This document shows, piece by piece, positions 59,591-64,000 of a stretch of 64,000 nucleotides of DNA (positions within the stretch are counted from its first letter, which is position 1; every line of letters starts with the position of its first letter). The notes under the pieces were generated by a model, which saw nothing but the letters and a program-made list of their open reading frames with translations, was not told the DNA's origin and ran no database searches. Origin of the DNA: Alphaproteobacteria bacterium (GTDB lineage Bacteria; Pseudomonadota; Alphaproteobacteria; MPNO01; UBA830). Both the position numbers and the translations under genes were made by a program. The DNA lies in assembly GCA_965243135.1 (NCBI GenBank), contig OZ251539.1:1376001-1440000 (forward strand), written 5' to 3'.

Positions 59591-60676
59591 ATGCCATTCC
59601 GTTCACGCAACCGCGCCGGAGCGCTGATCGCCGCCGCCGCGCTTTTTCTCGTCCTTCCCGGCGGCGCCGCGATGGCCCAGAAGACCATCGCCCTGACCGC
59701 CGTCGACGGCTACCCGCCGCGCGCGCTGCAGGTCAGGACGTTCATCGACTACCTCATTCCCGAGGTCGACAAGCGGCTGGCGAAGGACAACGAGTACAAG
59801 ATCCGCTGGAACAAGGCGTTCGCCGGCCAGATCGTCAAGGTCCGGCACGTCATGACGGGCATGCAGAAGGGATTGGGCGACATCGGCGTCGTCACCAGCG
59901 TCTTCCACCAGGACAAGGTGCCGATGCAGGCGGTCGCTTACGTCACCCCGTTCGTCACCTCCGATCCGGTGCTTCTGTCCCGCACCGTCGACGAGCTCGC
60001 CGAGCGATTCCCGGAGATGAGGAACGCCTGGCTCAAATACAATCAGGTGCTGCTGTCGAGTTTCTCGGTGATCGACACCTACCAGATGTTTTTCCGCGAC
60101 CGAATCGAGAAGGTCGAGGACTTCAAGGGCCTCAAGATCGCCGGCGCGGGCATAAACATGCGGTATCTCACCGGCACCGGGGCCACGCCGGTGATCGGCT
60201 CGATGGTCCATTACTACAACAAGTTCAAGACGGGCGCGATCGACGGCTCCATGCTCTGGACCGACGCCGCGGTCGCCTTCAAGCTCGTCGAGGGCGCCAA
60301 GTTCATGTTGAAGGCGGACATCGGCACAGCCAACTCCAAGGCGCTCACGATGAACCGCGAAGCCTACAAGCGGCTGCCGCAGGCGGTGCGCGACGTCATA
60401 CACGAGGTTGCGGGCGACTACCGCGACCACACCGCGCGACAGGCCGTCGCGGACGCGGACAAGGCGTACGAGAACTTCCGGAACAAGGGCGGTACGATCG
60501 TCCAGATGTCGCAGGCGGCGCGGGAAAGCTGGGCCCGGACCATGCCGAACATCGCGAAGGACTGGGCTTCCAAGCTCGATGCGGACGGACTTCCGGGCGC
60601 CGGGATGCTGGTCGCCTATATGGACAGGATGCGGGCGGCCGGACAGCCGATCATTCGCCACTGGGACAAGGAGTAG
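59591..60676 (+). CDS. dctP: TRAP solute-binding protein
   Basis: Signal peptide, GLGDIG, DFKGLKI; upstream of dctQM. Confidence 0.88.
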   Translation: MPFRSRNRAGALIAAAALFLVLPGGAAMAQKTIALTAVDGYPPRALQVRTFIDYLIPEVDKRLAKDNEYKIRWNKAFAGQIVKVRHVMTGMQKGLGDIGVVTSVFHQDKVPMQAVAYVTPFVTSDPVLLSRTVDELAERFPEMRNAWLKYNQVLLSSFSVIDTYQMFFRDRIEKVEDFKGLKIAGAGINMRYLTGTGATPVIGSMVHYYNKFKTGAIDGSMLWTDAAVAFKLVEGAKFMLKADIGTANSKALTMNREAYKRLPQAVRDVIHEVAGDYRDHTARQAVADADKAYENFRNKGGTIVQMSQAARESWARTMPNIAKDWASKLDADGLPGAGMLVAYMDRMRAAGQPIIRHWDKE

Positions 60677-60682
60677 CCGTCC

Positions 60683-61216
60683 TTGCGGGCGCCGGCGAGC
60701 GGGGCGGGGCGGAACGCCCCGCTCCGGGCCTTCGGGGCGGTCGTCGGCAGCATGAACGCCGCCGGATCCTGCTGGATCGTCGTGCTGATGCTGCTGATCA
60801 ACGCCGAAGCGATCAGCCGCTCGGCTTTCAACGAGCCGATCATCGGCGTCATCGAAATGATCGAGATTTCGATCGTCGGGATCGTCTTCATGCAACTCGC
60901 GGATTCGTTGCGCCGGGGCGTGCTGACGCGCTCCGACGGCCTGTTCAACCAGGTGATGCGCCGCAAGCCGGCCGCCGGGCACGGAATGGCGGTCGCCACC
61001 TACCTGCTCGGCGCCTGCTTCATGGGCCTCGTCCTGTGGGGCAGCGTGCCTTACTTCCTCGAGTCGTGGGCGAACGACTACTACGTCGGAGTCGAAGGCA
61101 TGTTCACCGCCCCGGTGTGGCCGGTGGCCCTGATCATCGTCGTCGCGGTCGTCGTCACGATGGCGCAGTTCCTGATCATGCTGGCCGGGCACTGCGCCCG
61201 CCTCGCCGGCCGATAG
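60683..61216 (+). CDS. dctQ: TRAP small permease
   Basis: Four TM helices, FNEPIIGVIE. Confidence 0.85.
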   Translation: MRAPASGAGRNAPLRAFGAVVGSMNAAGSCWIVVLMLLINAEAISRSAFNEPIIGVIEMIEISIVGIVFMQLADSLRRGVLTRSDGLFNQVMRRKPAAGHGMAVATYLLGACFMGLVLWGSVPYFLESWANDYYVGVEGMFTAPVWPVALIIVVAVVVTMAQFLIMLAGHCARLAGR

Positions 61217-61226
61217 GGCGGGAGCC

Positions 61227-62543
61227 ATGGTCGGGGTCGAAGTCGGAATCGCGTCGGTCGCCGTCATCCTCGTCCTGATCTACGCGGGCATCCACGTCGC
61301 CGTCGCGCTCGGGCTGGTCTCGTTCGTGGGCGTTTGGATCTACCGGGATTCGATCGACGTCGCGATCAACCTGCTGGCCGCCGCGACCCACGACACCATC
61401 GCGCACGCCGTCTTCGCCAACATCCCGCTGTTCGCGCTGATGGGCATCGTCTCCAGCGAAATCGGACTCGGAGGAGACGTCTATCGCGTCGCGGACCAGA
61501 TTTTCCGCCGCGTGCGGGGCGGCCTCGGAATGGCGACGGTCGCCGCCAACGCGCTGTTCGCGTCGATCACCGGATCCTCCATCGCCTCGGCCTCGGTCTT
61601 CACCCGCATCGCCGTTCCCGAGATGAGGCGGTTCGGATACACCCGCCAGTTCTCGGTCGGAGTGGTCGCCGGCAGTTCGGTTCTCGGCATGCTGATCCCG
61701 CCGTCGTCGATGCTGATCATTTACGCCATCGTCGCCGAGGTTTCGGTCGGCCACATGTTCATCGCCGGCTTCGTGCCCGGCGTCCTGCTCGCGACCGCCT
61801 TCGTGCTGGGCATCTTCGTCATGGCGCGGCTGACGCCCGCCTTCGTCGGCGGAGAGCGCCTCCCGGCCGCCGACGACGCGGAGCCGGCGCTGTCCCTGTG
61901 GCAAATCGCGAAGCTGCTGTTCCCGGTCGCGTTTCTCGTCGTGCTGGTGCTGGGAGGCATCTACACCGGGTGGTTCTCGCCCGAGGAGGCGGGCGCCGCG
62001 GGGTCGGCCGGCGCGCTCGCGATCGGCGTTCTCAAGCGGCGGCTGACATGGCGCGGATTCTGGCGGGTTCTCGTGGAGACCGGCCAGATCACGGCCGCCA
62101 TCCTTTTCCTGATCATCGCCGCCTCGATGTACAGCCGCATGCTCGGGGTCGCGGCGCTGCCGACCCTCTTCAGCGACTGGCTGACCGGCATGGACTTCGG
62201 GATGGCCGGCCTGATGGCGATCTACGTCGTCCTGATGGTCCTTCTCGGCACCATCATCGAGACGGCCTCGATCATTCTCATCGTGGTGCCGCTGTTCCTG
62301 AGCTCGGTCGAGGCCCTCGGCGGCGACATCATCTGGTTCGGCATCGTCACCGTCATCGGCGCGGAAATCGGGCTGCTGACGCCGCCGCTGGGAATCTCGT
62401 GCTTCACGATCAAGAGCACGATCAAGGACCCCTCGATCACGCTTTCCCACATCTTCAAGGGCGCCTTCCCGTTCGCGTTCGTGATGCTGCTGATCCTGAT
62501 CCTGATCATCGCCTACCCGTCCCTCAGCCTCATGCTTCTGTAG
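61227..62543 (+). CDS. dctM: TRAP large permease
   Basis: IPLFALMG, LGMLIPPS, LTPPLG. Confidence 0.92.
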   Translation: MVGVEVGIASVAVILVLIYAGIHVAVALGLVSFVGVWIYRDSIDVAINLLAAATHDTIAHAVFANIPLFALMGIVSSEIGLGGDVYRVADQIFRRVRGGLGMATVAANALFASITGSSIASASVFTRIAVPEMRRFGYTRQFSVGVVAGSSVLGMLIPPSSMLIIYAIVAEVSVGHMFIAGFVPGVLLATAFVLGIFVMARLTPAFVGGERLPAADDAEPALSLWQIAKLLFPVAFLVVLVLGGIYTGWFSPEEAGAAGSAGALAIGVLKRRLTWRGFWRVLVETGQITAAILFLIIAASMYSRMLGVAALPTLFSDWLTGMDFGMAGLMAIYVVLMVLLGTIIETASIILIVVPLFLSSVEALGGDIIWFGIVTVIGAEIGLLTPPLGISCFTIKSTIKDPSITLSHIFKGAFPFAFVMLLILILIIAYPSLSLMLL

Positions 62544-62623
62544 CCGGCGGTTGTCCCGGCGGCGAATTCGGCTATCATCCGTTTCGCGGCCTTCTCGGCG
62601 CGAAAAAAAGGGAGAGCAAGATC

Positions 62624-63577
62624 ATGCGATTCGGAAAACTGGCGCTTGCGGTTCTCGCCGCTTCGTTCGCGGCGGGCGCGGCGGAAGCGCAGACCATCGG
62701 CATCGGCAGCACCAAGGGGTCGGTGGTGGCGGCCATGACCACGGCCATCTCGAAGATGGTCAACCAGAAGACCGACCTGAAGATGCGCCGCCAGGTCATG
62801 GGCGGCACCCAGAAATACATCCCGGTGGTCGATGCGGGCGAGCTCGAGTTCGGGCTGTCCAACATCGTGCAGTACACGATGGCCAAGGAAGGCCGGGATC
62901 TGTCCAAAAAACCGTACGGCAACCTGCAACTGGCGGCGACGCTGGTGCGCTTCCGCACCGGGCTGCTGGTGCGCAACGACTCCGACATCCGCAAGATCGA
63001 AGATCTGAAAGGGAAGCGGATGGCGAGCGGATTCAAGGGCGCACCGTTGTTTCAGACCTATTTCAGCGCGTTCCTGTCCAATGCCGGCCTCACGTGGGAC
63101 GACGTCAAGCAGGTGCCCGCGGTCGGCCTGCGGCAGCACTGGAACCTGTTCAAGCAAGGCAAGGTCGACGTCGCGATGGCCGGCGTCGGCGGCGGCCCCA
63201 ACAAGGACATGAACGCCAAGATTCCGAGCGGCGTCCGCTACATCAGCCTCAACACCGGAACGCCCAACGCCCTCAAGGCGACCGAACGGCTGCGGGGCGG
63301 CGAATATTCGCTGGTGCAGAAAAAGAAGGCGTTCGTCGCGATCAAGGAACCGGCCGTCCTGTTCGGCTACGACTTCATGCTGTTCACGCACAAGGGCGTG
63401 GCGGGCGACCTCGTGTACAAGGTGACGAAGGCGCTGGCCGAGAGCGAAAAGGAGTTGCGGGCGGTCAGCCCGATCTGGGCCAGCTTCAGCCCGGCCCGCA
63501 TGCCGAGGGACCAGCGTCTCGCCTATCACGCCGGCGCGATGAAGTATTACGAGGAAGCGGGCCTCTGGAAACGCTGA
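62624..63577 (+). CDS. TAXI-family solute-binding protein
   Basis: Signal peptide, DLKGKR, YHAGAMKYYEEAG. Confidence 0.9.
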   Translation: MRFGKLALAVLAASFAAGAAEAQTIGIGSTKGSVVAAMTTAISKMVNQKTDLKMRRQVMGGTQKYIPVVDAGELEFGLSNIVQYTMAKEGRDLSKKPYGNLQLAATLVRFRTGLLVRNDSDIRKIEDLKGKRMASGFKGAPLFQTYFSAFLSNAGLTWDDVKQVPAVGLRQHWNLFKQGKVDVAMAGVGGGPNKDMNAKIPSGVRYISLNTGTPNALKATERLRGGEYSLVQKKKAFVAIKEPAVLFGYDFMLFTHKGVAGDLVYKVTKALAESEKELRAVSPIWASFSPARMPRDQRLAYHAGAMKYYEEAGLWKR

Positions 63578-63666
63578 ACCCCATTGCTTCCTGACCGGCC
63601 CGCGCCGCGCGTCGGCGCGGGCCGCCGCCGCGTCGGCAAGGCGCGCGTCGGCAGGCGCTCCCCGAA

Positions 63667-64000
63667 ATGACGGACGAACGGCCGCCCGTCGTCTCCGCGG
63701 TCCGCAGCGAAGGCGACGCCGATCTTTCGCTGAACCGGCGATGGAGCGGCGTGGTCGCCTGCCTCGGCAGCTTCCTGGCGCTGATCCCGGTGTTTTTCGC
63801 CTCGCAGATCCACCTCGAGCTGGGTTGGCAGGTCTTCACGGAACAGGGCATGGCGCTGGCGCTCGGACTGGCGCTCGCCATCGTCTTCCTCAAGTCGCCC
63901 TTCCGGACGGGGACCGTCAAGACCTCCGTTCCCGTCTGGGACGTCGGGCTCGCCGTTCTGGGGCTGGGCGCGGGGATCTATCTGGCCGTCCGCTTTCCGG
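63667..64000 (+). CDS. TRAP fused permease (runs off window)
   Basis: ATG 63667, hydrophobic helices, VPVWDVGLA; follows TAXI gene. Confidence 0.7.
   Translation, partial: MTDERPPVVSAVRSEGDADLSLNRRWSGVVACLGSFLALIPVFFASQIHLELGWQVFTEQGMALALGLALAIVFLKSPFRTGTVKTSVPVWDVGLAVLGLGAGIYLAVRFP

Noticed and set aside
1-64000. Many long overlapping ORFs (e.g. 57931-61278, 32255-34633, 50596-52623, 24069-25754)
   Set aside because: Shadow frames of high-GC genes; Arg/Gly/Pro-rich with no motifs
1-64000. CRISPR array, tRNA, rRNA, retron or other reverse transcriptase
   Set aside because: No regularly spaced repeats, RNA-gene signatures or RT motifs recognised by eye

Overview
High-GC bacterial window (gene content fits an alphaproteobacterium, possibly host-associated; this is inference) in two parts. 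1-24.3 kb is a decaying defence and mobile-element island. It holds remnants of ISKra4/ISLre2-like, IS5, IS1380 and IS110 elements, an IS66-like element with 27-bp TIRs, an 8-bp TSD and a DUF4338 passenger, an intact IS630, a truncated C5-methyltransferase, HicAB and HEPN remnants, an ABC-ATPase plus broken DUF4276/TOPRIM pair, a small broken gene plus large ImmA/IrrE protease, an intact NYN-RNase plus NACHT/STAND pair (best candidate for an undescribed system), an AAA-PD-(D/E)XK protein and a Septu-like ATPase/HNH pair split by IS630. 24.4-64 kb is mostly metabolic: TRAP/TAXI transporters, a NicX-like/hydrolase/acyl-CoA dehydrogenase/ligase operon, a second small defence patch (36.6-44.2 kb), three tandem SDRs with thioesterase and CoA-transferase, two selenoproteins missed by the ORF track (SelW-like CxxU and DsbA/FrnE-like UxxC, with hairpins sharing the same loop), an adenylate cyclase and an iron-uptake cluster around Fur-box-like sites. 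Three dispersed non-coding repeat families occur; one appears to insert at a specific motif. No rRNA, tRNA or CRISPR array was recognised. Family assignments come from motif recognition by eye, not database searches.
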